From assembly GCA_021737565.1 (NCBI GenBank), contig JAIPDS010000004.1, positions 1,205 to 65,204 of the forward strand: a DNA stretch of 64,000 bases. Reading direction: 5' to 3'. The stretch's first letter is position 1. Each line of letters opens with the position of its first letter. Source of the DNA: Desulfobacteraceae bacterium. Its GTDB lineage: Bacteria; Desulfobacterota; Desulfobacteria; Desulfobacterales; Desulfosalsimonadaceae. Of the stretch, positions 1-9,614 are shown in pieces. Made by a program: the position numbers and the translations under genes. Under the pieces are notes generated by a model. That model did not search any database. It saw only the letters and a program-made list of their open reading frames with translations, and was not told the DNA's origin.

Positions 1-489
1 AGCCTGCGCTTTTCGTTTGTGCCTGTGCTGTTTAAGGCCCAAAATATAAACGAAGGCACCATCGGCTTTCTGCTTTCAATCTTCGCCTTGTCCATGACAT
101 TAGTGCGCTTTATCATCGGACGTGCAATGGGAAGGTTAACTCGCGAAATGCTGCTTGGTCTGGCTATGACACTTTTTTTTGCAGCAATAATTTCACTGCC
201 TTCAACATCACAAGTATGGCTCTTAGGCGGTATTATGTTTTTATTCGGGATAGGCTTCGGCATATCCCAACCTCTTTCATTGGTCATGGTCTCTGACAGG
301 GCTGGAGAGAATTCAGGCCTGGCCATGAGTTTTCGTTTTCTTTTAATAAATCTGGGTATGTTGATAAGTCCTGTCATTACTGGTTTTATGGTAGAAGGCT
401 TCGGCTTGACGGCGGCTTTCTACTTTGTGGGTGTTGTCTTTTTTTCAGCAGGTATCCTGATTTTTTTCCTGGGATACAAGGATGTATAG
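1..489 (+). CDS. MFS transporter, C-terminal part (5' end outside window)
   Basis: Frame open from base 1; several hydrophobic helices with MFS-like 'GRAMGRLTR' loop and 'GIGFGISQP' motif. Confidence 0.85.
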   Translation, partial: SLRFSFVPVLFKAQNINEGTIGFLLSIFALSMTLVRFIIGRAMGRLTREMLLGLAMTLFFAAIISLPSTSQVWLLGGIMFLFGIGFGISQPLSLVMVSDRAGENSGLAMSFRFLLINLGMLISPVITGFMVEGFGLTAAFYFVGVVFFSAGILIFFLGYKDV

Positions 490-648
490 ACGGGAGTTTC
501 AGATAAAGGCCGCAGAATGAACTTTATCGTCGAAAACAGAATAAAAACTATTTGCATTCTCAAAGTCTTCTGCTATAAAAAGTCATTTTTAAATTAATGC
601 CATAAACTACAAAATTCCGTTTTGGACAACAATGGGGAGGTCTATCAA

Positions 649-1737
649 TTGATAGTAAACAGCATTGAAGCAATTCCATTTCGTATTCCTTACACTAAGA
701 AAAAAGTGTGGGCGCGCGGCGTGCTTGAGGCGGCAGAACATGTCCTGGTCCGCATTAAAACAGACAACGACCTGATCGGCATAGCGGAAGCCCCCCCCCG
801 TCCGACCATATACGGGGAGTCGTTGCAATCAATCACAGCAGCCATAGAAAACTGGTTTGGACCGGCCATAGTCGGAATGGATCCCTGGAATACAGAGATA
901 GTGCTGGATCGTTTCGAACAATGGGTAGGCAATCCCGCAGCAAAGGCAGCTGTAGAAATGGCTCTGACAGATATAAGAGCTCAAGCTGCGGGTGTTCCAG
1001 TTTATAAGTTGTTGGGCGGGTGGACTGATCAGGTACCGGTTTGTGCCCGAGTTCCCACAGGAACCCCCGATGAGGTGATAGCCTCATGTCAAAAATATTT
1101 TGAAGACTACGGTATTAATACGTACAAGATCAAAGTCGGGATGGAACCAAATGAGGACATTGCCGCCCTTGAGAACATTCGGAAGGATTTAGGGCCAGAG
1201 GCTCGTCTTTGCCCTGATGCGAATCAGGGCTACGACCCTCAGACCGCCATCCGCGTTTTGAAAGCTATTGAGGATTTGGATATCACCCTACTTGAAGAAC
1301 CTTGCAGCATTTATCACCGTGGACGACAGCAGGTGGCCGAATCGACCATAATACCCATTATGGGAGATGAAAGTTGTACAAATATTATTGAAGTTCGTAA
1401 TCAGCTTTCCGCAGGCACGGTAGGGATTATCAGCATAAAAGTGGCCCGAACCGGATTCGCAATTTCCCAGCGTATTTCCCACCTCTGTGAAGCTGAAGGA
1501 ATCGCAAATTTGTGCGGCACCCAAGGCGACAGCAGCATAGGCGTTGTCTGTGGCGCGCATTTTGCAGCTTCATGCCGCAACGTTAAACTGGCCAGCGAAC
1601 TGACTGGTCATCTGGATACGGTCGATGACTTTCTGATAGAAACGCCAAAAATAGAAAATGGAATGATTAAGCTCTCTGATACCCCCGGTTTAGGGATAAA
1701 AATAGACGAAGATAAACTCAATTATTATCGGATATGA
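649..1737 (+). CDS. Enolase-superfamily enzyme, muconate lactonizing enzyme (Lys-Lys) subgroup
   Basis: KIK motif, metal ligands DAN/EEP/DES, second Lys in IKVARTG; TTG start at 649 after GGGGAGG RBS (ORF track starts at 622). Confidence 0.88.
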   Translation: MIVNSIEAIPFRIPYTKKKVWARGVLEAAEHVLVRIKTDNDLIGIAEAPPRPTIYGESLQSITAAIENWFGPAIVGMDPWNTEIVLDRFEQWVGNPAAKAAVEMALTDIRAQAAGVPVYKLLGGWTDQVPVCARVPTGTPDEVIASCQKYFEDYGINTYKIKVGMEPNEDIAALENIRKDLGPEARLCPDANQGYDPQTAIRVLKAIEDLDITLLEEPCSIYHRGRQQVAESTIIPIMGDESCTNIIEVRNQLSAGTVGIISIKVARTGFAISQRISHLCEAEGIANLCGTQGDSSIGVVCGAHFAASCRNVKLASELTGHLDTVDDFLIETPKIENGMIKLSDTPGLGIKIDEDKLNYYRI

Positions 1738-1777
1738 TGTTTTCCATGACCAAGGAAATACAAAGAATCGAAAACTG

Positions 1778-2335
1778 ATGAATCAGGAAGTATTACAATT
1801 ATGGCCTGAACTTGAATGGATACAAGACCGGGATTTGCGCGAAAAAACAGCAAAAACATGGGAACTTGCTTTAGATAGAAGTGTTTTGTCACCGGAAGAC
1901 TTAAAACGCATTCCTTTTACATTACTGGTTGGTCCTGAACTTAAGGTAACTTTTATGGATCATAAGCGTTCGTTAGTGCATATTGCCAAAGATGCCGGCG
2001 AAAAAATCAATGCTATGTATCATGGCGAACTTACTGTAAACATGGATGTATTGATCGCGGGCGCTATCCTTGCCGATGTTGGAAAAATGCTGGAATATGA
2101 ATTGGATGATCAGGGTAATGCTATGCAGGGGACTTATGGCAAGTATCTGCGTCATCCTTTTAGCGGCGTATCGTTAGCCGAAGAAGCCGGTATGCCCCCG
2201 GAGGTGTGCCACATTATTGCTACCCATGCCAAAGAAGGCGACATGGTGAAACGTACTACAGAGGCTTATCTGGTTCATCATGCTGATTTTATGACTTTTT
2301 TACCATTTATGGATCGACTCAAAATTAATCAATAA
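1778..2335 (+). CDS. HD-superfamily hydrolase-like protein
   Basis: H...ADVGK...RH..SG...H...D pattern; canonical HD appears as AD. Confidence 0.75.
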   Translation: MNQEVLQLWPELEWIQDRDLREKTAKTWELALDRSVLSPEDLKRIPFTLLVGPELKVTFMDHKRSLVHIAKDAGEKINAMYHGELTVNMDVLIAGAILADVGKMLEYELDDQGNAMQGTYGKYLRHPFSGVSLAEEAGMPPEVCHIIATHAKEGDMVKRTTEAYLVHHADFMTFLPFMDRLKINQ

Positions 2336-2354
2336 CCAGCAAAATATTTCACCC

Positions 2355-4178
2355 ATGGGAAAAACATTAATTGAAAGAATACTGGCCCGCCATTCTGAAA
2401 AAGATGAGATCAAACCGGAAGAAATTATTGATATTAAGATCGATACCAGAGCAGCGCGCGATTTCGGGGGTGCCAATGTAGTAAAGAACCTGGAAAACAA
2501 CAATCTTTCCATTGAAGACCCGCAGAAAACCTTTTTTACGTTTGATACGAATCCCGGTGGCAGTGATCAGAAGTATGCAGCCAATCAGCAATATTGCCGG
2601 ATGTTTGCCCGCCGGAATAATATAAAAGTTTTCGATATCAATATGGGTATCGGCACTCACCAGGCTATTGACAGCGGACTGGTATGGCCTGGCAGTACTT
2701 TTGTATCCACAGATTCCCATTCCAATATCATGGGATCAGTGGGTGCTTTCGGACAAGGGCTTGGCGATAAAGATATGGCAGCAGTCTGGGCTTACGGCTC
2801 AATATGGTATAAAGTACCTGAGTCAGTAAAATTAAATTTTCATGGTAAGCGCCCGGAGAATGTCACGGCCAAAGATATTGTTCTCAATCTGCTTTCCCGT
2901 TTTGGTGCCAGCACGTTATTGGGCACGGCTGTGGAGTTTTCCGGCGATGCTGTTGAAGAGCTGACCCTGGATGAGCGCATCACCATAGCTTCCATGGGTA
3001 CGGAAATGGGAGCTATTACGTTGTTATTTGCTCCGAATGAGCAGATACTAAAAACCTTAAAGGAACGCTCAGCTAAAGGATATGAAACAATCCGGGCCGA
3101 TGAAGATGCTGTTTACAGCAAAGAATATGACATGGACATTTCTTTGTTTGAGCCAATGATTTCTTGTCCCGGTCATCCCCATGATGTCACAACCTTTGAT
3201 AAGCTGAAGCGGACAAAAATCGATTCCGCATTTATCGGCTCATGCACCAATGGACGGATGGAAGACCTGAGGGCGGCCGGAGCCATATTGCAGAATCGTA
3301 AACTAGCCCCCGGCGTAGTGCTCAAAATCGTTCCATCTACGGATGCAATCTGGCGGCAGGCTATGGATGAAGGACTGATCAAAACATTTAAAGAAGCCGG
3401 GGCTTTGGTTTCCAATGCCGGATGCGCCGGCTGTGCAGCCGGACAGGTTGGGCAAAACGGACCCGGGGAAGTTACCGTGAGTACCGGAAACCGCAACTTT
3501 GCCGGCAAGCAGGGAAAAGGAGAGGTTTACCTTGCTTCACCTGGTGTTGTCGCTGCCAGCGCTGTTGCCGGCTATATCACAACGCCGGATAATATTCCGG
3601 AAAAACCCATGACCTTCGAAAGCCGGCAGGTGTATAAGAAAACAAAAGAAACTGAAAACAAAAAATCTGAAAAGTACGACCGGCCAACCGTAGTGGAAGG
3701 TAAGACATGGTTTATCAATGTAGATGACATTGATACTGATATGATCTTTCATAACAAGTACTTGCACATTACCGACATGGAAGAAATGGGACAATATGCT
3801 TTGGATAACCTGGAAGGCTGGGAGGATTTTGCCCAAAAAGCAAGTCCCGGCGATATTATAATTACCGGAAAAAACTTTGGTGCAGGAAGCTCTCGCCAGC
3901 AGGCCGTGGACTGCTTTAAATCACTCGGGATATCATGTATTCTTGCAGAATCATTTGGTGCAATCTATGAACGAAATGCAATCAACGCTGCCATGCCGGT
4001 GCTGACCTATGTACCTGAAGTCCTTGAAGAAATAGACTATGAACCTGGCGATCGTGTGCAGATCGATTTTAAGGAGGGGCGGATTAAAAATCTAAAAAAC
4101 AACAAAAGCGCCGCCATTGATCCGTTTTATGATGTACAAATGGAGATCTACCAAAGAGGTGGTCTTTTAATGCAATAG
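2355..4178 (+). CDS. Aconitase-family hydro-lyase, fused LeuC+LeuD-like (isopropylmalate/homoaconitate dehydratase type)
   Basis: DSH, GSCTNGR, CAGC, STGNRNF in the large domain; DIDTD and NFGAGSSR in the C-terminal swivel domain. Confidence 0.9.
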   Translation: MGKTLIERILARHSEKDEIKPEEIIDIKIDTRAARDFGGANVVKNLENNNLSIEDPQKTFFTFDTNPGGSDQKYAANQQYCRMFARRNNIKVFDINMGIGTHQAIDSGLVWPGSTFVSTDSHSNIMGSVGAFGQGLGDKDMAAVWAYGSIWYKVPESVKLNFHGKRPENVTAKDIVLNLLSRFGASTLLGTAVEFSGDAVEELTLDERITIASMGTEMGAITLLFAPNEQILKTLKERSAKGYETIRADEDAVYSKEYDMDISLFEPMISCPGHPHDVTTFDKLKRTKIDSAFIGSCTNGRMEDLRAAGAILQNRKLAPGVVLKIVPSTDAIWRQAMDEGLIKTFKEAGALVSNAGCAGCAAGQVGQNGPGEVTVSTGNRNFAGKQGKGEVYLASPGVVAASAVAGYITTPDNIPEKPMTFESRQVYKKTKETENKKSEKYDRPTVVEGKTWFINVDDIDTDMIFHNKYLHITDMEEMGQYALDNLEGWEDFAQKASPGDIIITGKNFGAGSSRQQAVDCFKSLGISCILAESFGAIYERNAINAAMPVLTYVPEVLEEIDYEPGDRVQIDFKEGRIKNLKNNKSAAIDPFYDVQMEIYQRGGLLMQ

Positions 4179-4209
4179 GTATATTAATTTTGCCTGTAAA
4201 ATCCGGAAA

Positions 4210-4869
4210 CTAAAAACCCAAGGACTGGCCTATAATCAGGACACAGATCCTTTCCCTGTCGCGCGAGCATCCCTCGATAATGGCGGTGTTGCAACACATC
4301 CGCGCCGGCGGGCGGCAATCGCTGCATATTCCGGTATCGCTGCAGGGGGGCCGATATGCAGAATTATAGTCGTGCTTGTAAGCGTTAACCGGTGCAGAAA
4401 TTTTCTTTATTCTATCAATTGCTTCCTGAACATTGTTAACGAGTTTGTTTGCACCAACTGCTACGATTACCTTGAGCGGACCGAATATCATACCGGCGAC
4501 ACGGTTGCCCAGCCCGTCAATACTGACCAGTTTCCCGTCCATTGTTACAGCATTTGTACCTGTCAGAAAAACATCAGATGTCAGCGCCTTCCTTCTGATT
4601 GGCATACTTTCCGGCCTGGAGATTCCCTTTTCCCACGGATTCAGCAATTGATATCCTTCCTCTTCAAGCGCCTTAACAACCCCGATCTCTCTTAAGGTCA
4701 GCGAGTCCCCCATTCCAATGCAGGTTTCCCTGGTAACCCTCCCCATGATTTCATCAAATGCGGCTTCGGCAGTAGGAAGGTATTTTGCTTCAAAACAATT
4801 CCGGCGAAGATTTTTAATTGCGACTTCAGCATGTTTTTCGTAAAGCCAGCTCTGATGAGCTTTTTCCAT
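4210..4869 (-). CDS. LUD-domain (LutC/YkgG-like) protein
   Basis: FLTGTNAVTMDG, DGLGNRVA, VGANKLV motifs and Cys-rich C-terminus. Confidence 0.85.
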   Translation of the reverse strand: MEKAHQSWLYEKHAEVAIKNLRRNCFEAKYLPTAEAAFDEIMGRVTRETCIGMGDSLTLREIGVVKALEEEGYQLLNPWEKGISRPESMPIRRKALTSDVFLTGTNAVTMDGKLVSIDGLGNRVAGMIFGPLKVIVAVGANKLVNNVQEAIDRIKKISAPVNAYKHDYNSAYRPPCSDTGICSDCRPPARMCCNTAIIEGCSRDRERICVLIIGQSLGF

Positions 4870-4935
4870 TTCCCTCCTCCCTTTCAGAAATAAATAGCAA
4901 TTTCACTTTCCCTTGTATGCCGTCTATTTTTCAGA

Positions 4936-5772
4936 TTAAGATTTGGATTTTTCAATGTACATCTGATAGCTCGAAACCACTTTCGAAGCATCAGCCGGCG
5001 GCCAATCAAAATCCGCGGCGGTCCAATTTGCGCCGGTCCATACGTCTTTTATAGCTTTAACTTCGTCGGAACGAGGAACTGCTGGAATTTTCCATTTGGG
5101 TTCCGCTATTGGACAACTTGCTACGCAAAGTCCACAGCGCAATTCGGCTGCACTCCATGGCATGATCTGCTCCTGATATCTGAGGCACGAATCCTTATTT
5201 ACGACACCGTCGTAGCTGATAGCGTTTACAGGGCAGTTTTTGACACAAGCGAACTTGCATTTGCTTTGCATCTGTTTGCATAGGCTTTCCCGATATGGCT
5301 CATCAGCAGATAGCTCAGCTTCGGTTACGATGGATACCAGCCTGACCCGGGAGCCGTATTGGGGTGTTGTCAGCATATTGTTCAAGGCGAATTCCCCGAT
5401 TCCTGCTTCAACGGCGGCATGGCGATGGGACAGCACGCCGCAAAGATCTTTGTTCACACGGGGATAAGCTGCCGGTATAGGTATATTGCGGTAGCCTTCG
5501 GATTCGAGGTATTCGCAAAGGTTGGTGGCCATGCTGTTAAGTCTGGAGTTGAGAATGAAAAACTGGTTGGTGTATTCGTATCGAACATCCGGGAGGTCAT
5601 ATACAGAATCAAGCACATGGACGGCAGCAACAATCACATTTTTTGCAGTTGGAAGAATATCAGTAGGGCGCCTTGCAACAGGGGCGCCTTTGAGACGATC
5701 AACAGGGGTAATACCGACAAGTTGAACTCCTGCATTCTGCACCCGATTTTTTACCTCTTTAGTCAAATCCAT
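4936..5772 (-). CDS. QueG/reductive-dehalogenase-like Fe-S protein (possibly cobalamin-binding)
   Basis: SHRHAAVEAGIG, PQYGSRVRL, two 4Fe-4S-type Cys sets (C..CKFACVKNCP, CGLCVASCP); GAGGAGG RBS. Confidence 0.8.
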   Translation of the reverse strand: MDLTKEVKNRVQNAGVQLVGITPVDRLKGAPVARRPTDILPTAKNVIVAAVHVLDSVYDLPDVRYEYTNQFFILNSRLNSMATNLCEYLESEGYRNIPIPAAYPRVNKDLCGVLSHRHAAVEAGIGEFALNNMLTTPQYGSRVRLVSIVTEAELSADEPYRESLCKQMQSKCKFACVKNCPVNAISYDGVVNKDSCLRYQEQIMPWSAAELRCGLCVASCPIAEPKWKIPAVPRSDEVKAIKDVWTGANWTAADFDWPPADASKVVSSYQMYIEKSKS

Positions 5773-5866
5773 CTGTACCTCCTCGTATAATGATGTTGTT
5801 CTTATAACCGGACTAAAAGCCTACTTCAGATATTGCTCTCTTCAGTCCCCGCAGGGAATTTGAGGG

Positions 5867-5897
5867 CGGCGCAATCACGATGATTGTGATTGCGCCG
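5867..5897. other. 12-bp stem-loop
   Basis: cggcgcaatcac / gtgattgcgccg inverted repeat. Confidence 0.6.
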
Positions 5898-6031
5898 TTT
5901 AGGCGAGACCTGCCTTTCCTCGAATGTAAACGGCCTTTATTATAAAGTTCTTTGATGAAGTTGTCCAATGTTTTGTCAGGTTTGTTAATAGCATTCCCTG
6001 TACGTAAAAAGATTCCATGGCAAAAACGCCA

Positions 6032-6061
6032 CCAGGTTCGACAGCGACCAGTCGAATCTGG
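6032..6061 (-). terminator. Probable terminator hairpin downstream of the chimeric gene
   Basis: ccaggttcgac / gtcgaatctgg inverted repeat with a T-run shortly downstream on the minus strand. Confidence 0.5.
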
Positions 6062-6113
6062 ACTTGAACTGAAAACAGGTTTTAAATTTAAAAAGGCTGG
6101 CGAGCGGAAATGG

Positions 6114-6743
6114 TCATTCTTTACCGGACTGTATGTTTTCGGCCAGAATGCGCACGTCAGAAATATTGTTTATATTCCATATATTTTCAATAAGCTGGTT
6201 CTGTTCCGAATCATCCAGTATATCTTCACAGCATGCCCGCACTTTTTCTTCCAGTTCCTTATCTGTCAAAGGATTATCAGGCCCGCCCCTGTAGATTTCT
6301 TCAGCTTTGTCCGTGAATGTCCGCCCGTCTTTCAGGCGAATTGTTATCCTGGATCTCATTTTATCGAAACCGAGTTTTTCAATCTCGGGATCATGCTCGG
6401 TTGAAATTTTACGCTGCATTGCCTGCATTTCTTCTGATTTGACAAATAAATCCTTAAATTCCGCTTTCCCGGCTTTACGATTAATGGCTATCATTGCCAG
6501 TTCTGCCGGAAGGGAAAATTTGGCCTGCAGATGATTCTCGGCAATCGAATAACGTATGGGATTAAGTATCTTGCTGCCCGCATAAAGTTTGACCTTTTTT
6601 ATTCCCATTGCTTCGAGTTGGAGAAAAACCGGGGTTCCGGTGGCATCGTGAACCAGAACCTGCTCGGGATGAATTGCAAGATACCTGCCGCTTATATCAA
6701 CATGGTGTGCCATCAGAATTTTTTCAGCAAGATTCATACCCAT
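6114..6743 (-). pseudogene. In-frame chimera: aconitase N-terminus fused to MmgE/PrpD C-terminal domain
   Basis: aa 1-52 NLAEKILMAH...HDATGT..LQLEAMG (aconitase start); remainder QAKFSLP...YRGGPDNPL...EKVRAC (MmgE/PrpD C-domain). Confidence 0.75.
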
Positions 6744-6774
6744 ATATTACATCCTTTTGTCTGTGCCTTTGCTT

Positions 6775-7437
6775 CTACGTAGAGATTTTGTCCGCTAATC
6801 GCTTGGCGTTTAACAGCAGGGTTTCTTTTCTGTATTCTCCGGCAGCTTCCGCCTTGTTTTCCTTAAAAAGAGAAATAAGGGTGGCGTGACTTGTCAACGA
6901 TCTTTCCATCTGTCCCTGGGTTTTAAAATATTCCTTGCGAAAGCGTTCTGTCTGTTTGCTGAAATTATCCAGCAAACTCTGCAATCGCTTATTTTTACAC
7001 CCATCATGAAACACCTTGTGAAATTGCCAGTTAAGCTTATAATAAAGCTCGCGATCTCTGTTTGTGGCCGCTTCTTTCATCTGTTCATGCAATGTCACAA
7101 GCTGCTCCAGAACTTCCGGATCCTGCTCCTCGACAGCAATATGCACTGCCAGGCTTTCCAGATTGGCTCTTACAATAAAAGTATCGATTACATCTTTATA
7201 TGTGGGCTGAATCACCCGATATCCCTTATACGGCTCTTTTTCAAGAAACCCCTGGTATTCCAGCTTTTGCAATGCCTCTCGCAGGGGAGACCGGCTTACT
7301 TTAAATCTCGAACTTAGCTCTGTTTCGGTTATCCTCTGTCCCGGCTTATATACCCCGTTGAGTATATCTTCCTCTATAACCCCTGCGATTTGCTCGGAAT
7401 AACTCATATGGACAATTTCAGCCTGTTTGACAGCCAT
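6775..7437 (-). CDS. GntR family transcriptional regulator (FCD domain)
   Basis: HTH 'ETELSSRFKVSRSPLREAL'; FCD 'NWQFH', 'H..LI'. Confidence 0.92.
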   Translation of the reverse strand: MAVKQAEIVHMSYSEQIAGVIEEDILNGVYKPGQRITETELSSRFKVSRSPLREALQKLEYQGFLEKEPYKGYRVIQPTYKDVIDTFIVRANLESLAVHIAVEEQDPEVLEQLVTLHEQMKEAATNRDRELYYKLNWQFHKVFHDGCKNKRLQSLLDNFSKQTERFRKEYFKTQGQMERSLTSHATLISLFKENKAEAAGEYRKETLLLNAKRLADKIST

Positions 7438-7516
7438 TTGAAGCCATCCTCTTTTATTTTTTATTCATTTATTTGTGCTTGCTGGGCACAAATACGCTAT
7501 CTCAGCCTTTTTGATG

Positions 7517-7545
7517 ATAGTATATTGTCGACAATCTTCTGTCAA
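7517..7545 (-). promoter_or_regulatory. Sigma70 promoter with a GntR-type operator in the spacer
   Basis: Minus strand TTGACA-17 bp-TACTAT; perfect palindrome ATTGTCGACAAT at 7524-7535. Confidence 0.75.
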
Positions 7546-7725
7546 CAAAAAAACACCGCTTGGCCTCACAAAAGGTGATTACGGCATGGAGGTCTTAACA
7601 TATTGTAAATAATTTTTATTTATTAAAAGAGATTATGGACAACAATTAAGAATTGATATAGATAAGGTTCAAAACAAATAAAAAAATTAAATAATCCATC
7701 AGAGAAAAAGCAACTTTAAAAACAG

Positions 7726-8520
7726 ATGGCACGATCGCTCCCGAATGAAATAATAATAACTGACAACAGGAAATTCCGGCGGGTGGTGCGCACCCCGGGC
7801 GCGGATTTCGTGAATCTGCCCAGCGGGTCGGTTTCAATCCGGCAGCTTGCCGAAATCGGTGTAGGCGGCATGTTTGCGATAAACGGGAAAAGGTATTACG
7901 TGCTTGAATGCGACACTTACGATCTTGTCATGAAAGGAATCAGGCGAGATACCCAGATCATCTATCCCAAGGATGCAGGCTATATTCTGCTGCGGCTCGA
8001 CGTCTTTCCGGGCAAAAGAGTGGGTGAGGCGGGAACGGGCTCAGGCGGGCTGACCCTTATAATGGCCAGGGCGGTTGGAAGAAGCGGGCGCGTGTACACG
8101 TATGAAAAAAATCTAAGTCTTGCCGGGACAATCCGTAAAAATCTTGCGCCTGCCGAAGAATTTGAAAATGTGTGCCTGTATAATACCCCGGTGGAAGAAG
8201 GAATCAACGAGTCGGGGCTCGACGCATTTTTCCTGGATGTGCGCGACCCGGCCGAAGCCCTGGGCCCTGTTTATAACGCGCTCAAGCCGGGCGGCCACCT
8301 CGGGGTGCTGGTACCCACTTCCAACCAGATGACCAGGCTCTTGTGGGCCCTGCGTGATTATCCTTTTATTATAACCGAGGCAGTCGAAATTTTTCTTCGC
8401 ACTTACAAGACCAATCCCTCACGCTTCAGGCCCGAGGACCGCATGGTGGGCCATACCGGATACCTGTTGTTCGCCCGGGCTTTGCAGGATACCGCCCATG
8501 CTGAATCAGAGCAGGAATAA
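7726..8520 (+). CDS. trmI: tRNA (adenine-58-N1)-methyltransferase
   Basis: TQIIYPKD, EAGTGSG, RPEDRMVGHTGYL motifs. Confidence 0.92.
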   Translation: MARSLPNEIIITDNRKFRRVVRTPGADFVNLPSGSVSIRQLAEIGVGGMFAINGKRYYVLECDTYDLVMKGIRRDTQIIYPKDAGYILLRLDVFPGKRVGEAGTGSGGLTLIMARAVGRSGRVYTYEKNLSLAGTIRKNLAPAEEFENVCLYNTPVEEGINESGLDAFFLDVRDPAEALGPVYNALKPGGHLGVLVPTSNQMTRLLWALRDYPFIITEAVEIFLRTYKTNPSRFRPEDRMVGHTGYLLFARALQDTAHAESEQE

Positions 8521-8531
8521 GACAGCCCGCA

Positions 8532-9614
8532 TCATACTTCACGGCTTAAAACATTATAGCACACCACGGGTTCAAGCCTGTTTTTAACATAAACCTCTCC
8601 CCGGCATTCAAAGGCAAAATCACCGGTATTGGCCAGATAAGTCTGCTCGCCGATTATAATCTCCCCGCCGCCCGCCATTTCCTCCAGGCGGGCCGCCACA
8701 TTTACGCAGTCTCCGATAACGGTATAATCCATACGGTTTGACGAGCCGATATTACCGATAATTGCATTTCCGGTATTAATACCTATGCCGATTTCAAAAT
8801 ACTCCAGGCCCGCCTTTCTGCGCCGGTTCATCAATTCGCCTACGGCAGCCTGCATTTTAATGGCCGCGCGGACCGCATTTTCAGAGGCGTTCTTATCCGA
8901 ATCCACAAGCCCGAAAACAGCGATGAGCTGATCGCCTACGAACTTGTCAAGAAGTCCGTGGTTATCAAATACTATATCCACCATTACGCTGAAATATTCG
9001 TTTAGCATCTCCACGACTTCCTCGGCGGCCATCCGTTCGGCTATCGTGGTAAAGGAACGGATGTCTGCAAACAGCACTGTTACGTTGCGCCTCTCGGTTT
9101 CCAGAAAAACGCCGTCCTTGAGATTAATGAGCTTTTCGACCAGATTGTTTCCCACGTATCTGCTAAGTCTGCTTCTTAATTCCTGCTCCTGCCTGCTACG
9201 CTGATAGGACAAGGCCAGATCCCGGGCATAAACCATCAACTGGGACGCCTGCTCCTGGTTTTTGCGGCTCATTTCCGCAAGTTTTCCGTACAGGGAATTG
9301 AAATGCTCCGCGATCTCGTTTAGTTCACGGTCGGCTTGTATCCGTATGGGCTCACCATTTTCACCCGCTTGAATCCTGGCTGTCTCCCGGCTCAGATAAT
9401 AAAGCTGCCTGGCCGACCGCCGCACCAGGAAAAACCCTGTTAACATGGAAAACAACACAAGAGGGACAAACAAAATCAGGCTCTGGGCCAAATCTATCTT
9501 TTCATACATAAAAAGATAGACGATAAGCAGGCATGGTATGATTCCCATCAGAGCCAGGGCAACCGGGAGCTTGCCGTAAAACGTCTTATAATCTCTCCTT
9601 CGGCGCCTGTTCAT
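8532..9614 (-). CDS. Membrane class III adenylate cyclase with HAMP domain
   Basis: 2 TM helices, HAMP, coiled coil; FADIRSFT, DKFVGD, MDYTVIGDCVNVAARLE (K/D pair indicates ATP specificity). Confidence 0.92.
   Translation of the reverse strand: MNRRRRRDYKTFYGKLPVALALMGIIPCLLIVYLFMYEKIDLAQSLILFVPLVLFSMLTGFFLVRRSARQLYYLSRETARIQAGENGEPIRIQADRELNEIAEHFNSLYGKLAEMSRKNQEQASQLMVYARDLALSYQRSRQEQELRSRLSRYVGNNLVEKLINLKDGVFLETERRNVTVLFADIRSFTTIAERMAAEEVVEMLNEYFSVMVDIVFDNHGLLDKFVGDQLIAVFGLVDSDKNASENAVRAAIKMQAAVGELMNRRRKAGLEYFEIGIGINTGNAIIGNIGSSNRMDYTVIGDCVNVAARLEEMAGGGEIIIGEQTYLANTGDFAFECRGEVYVKNRLEPVVCYNVLSREV

Noticed and set aside
5840-5920. 'gagacctgcc' resembling a cobalamin riboswitch 3' element near the QueG-like gene
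   Set aside because: It is on the wrong strand for that gene and the other conserved riboswitch elements are not visible
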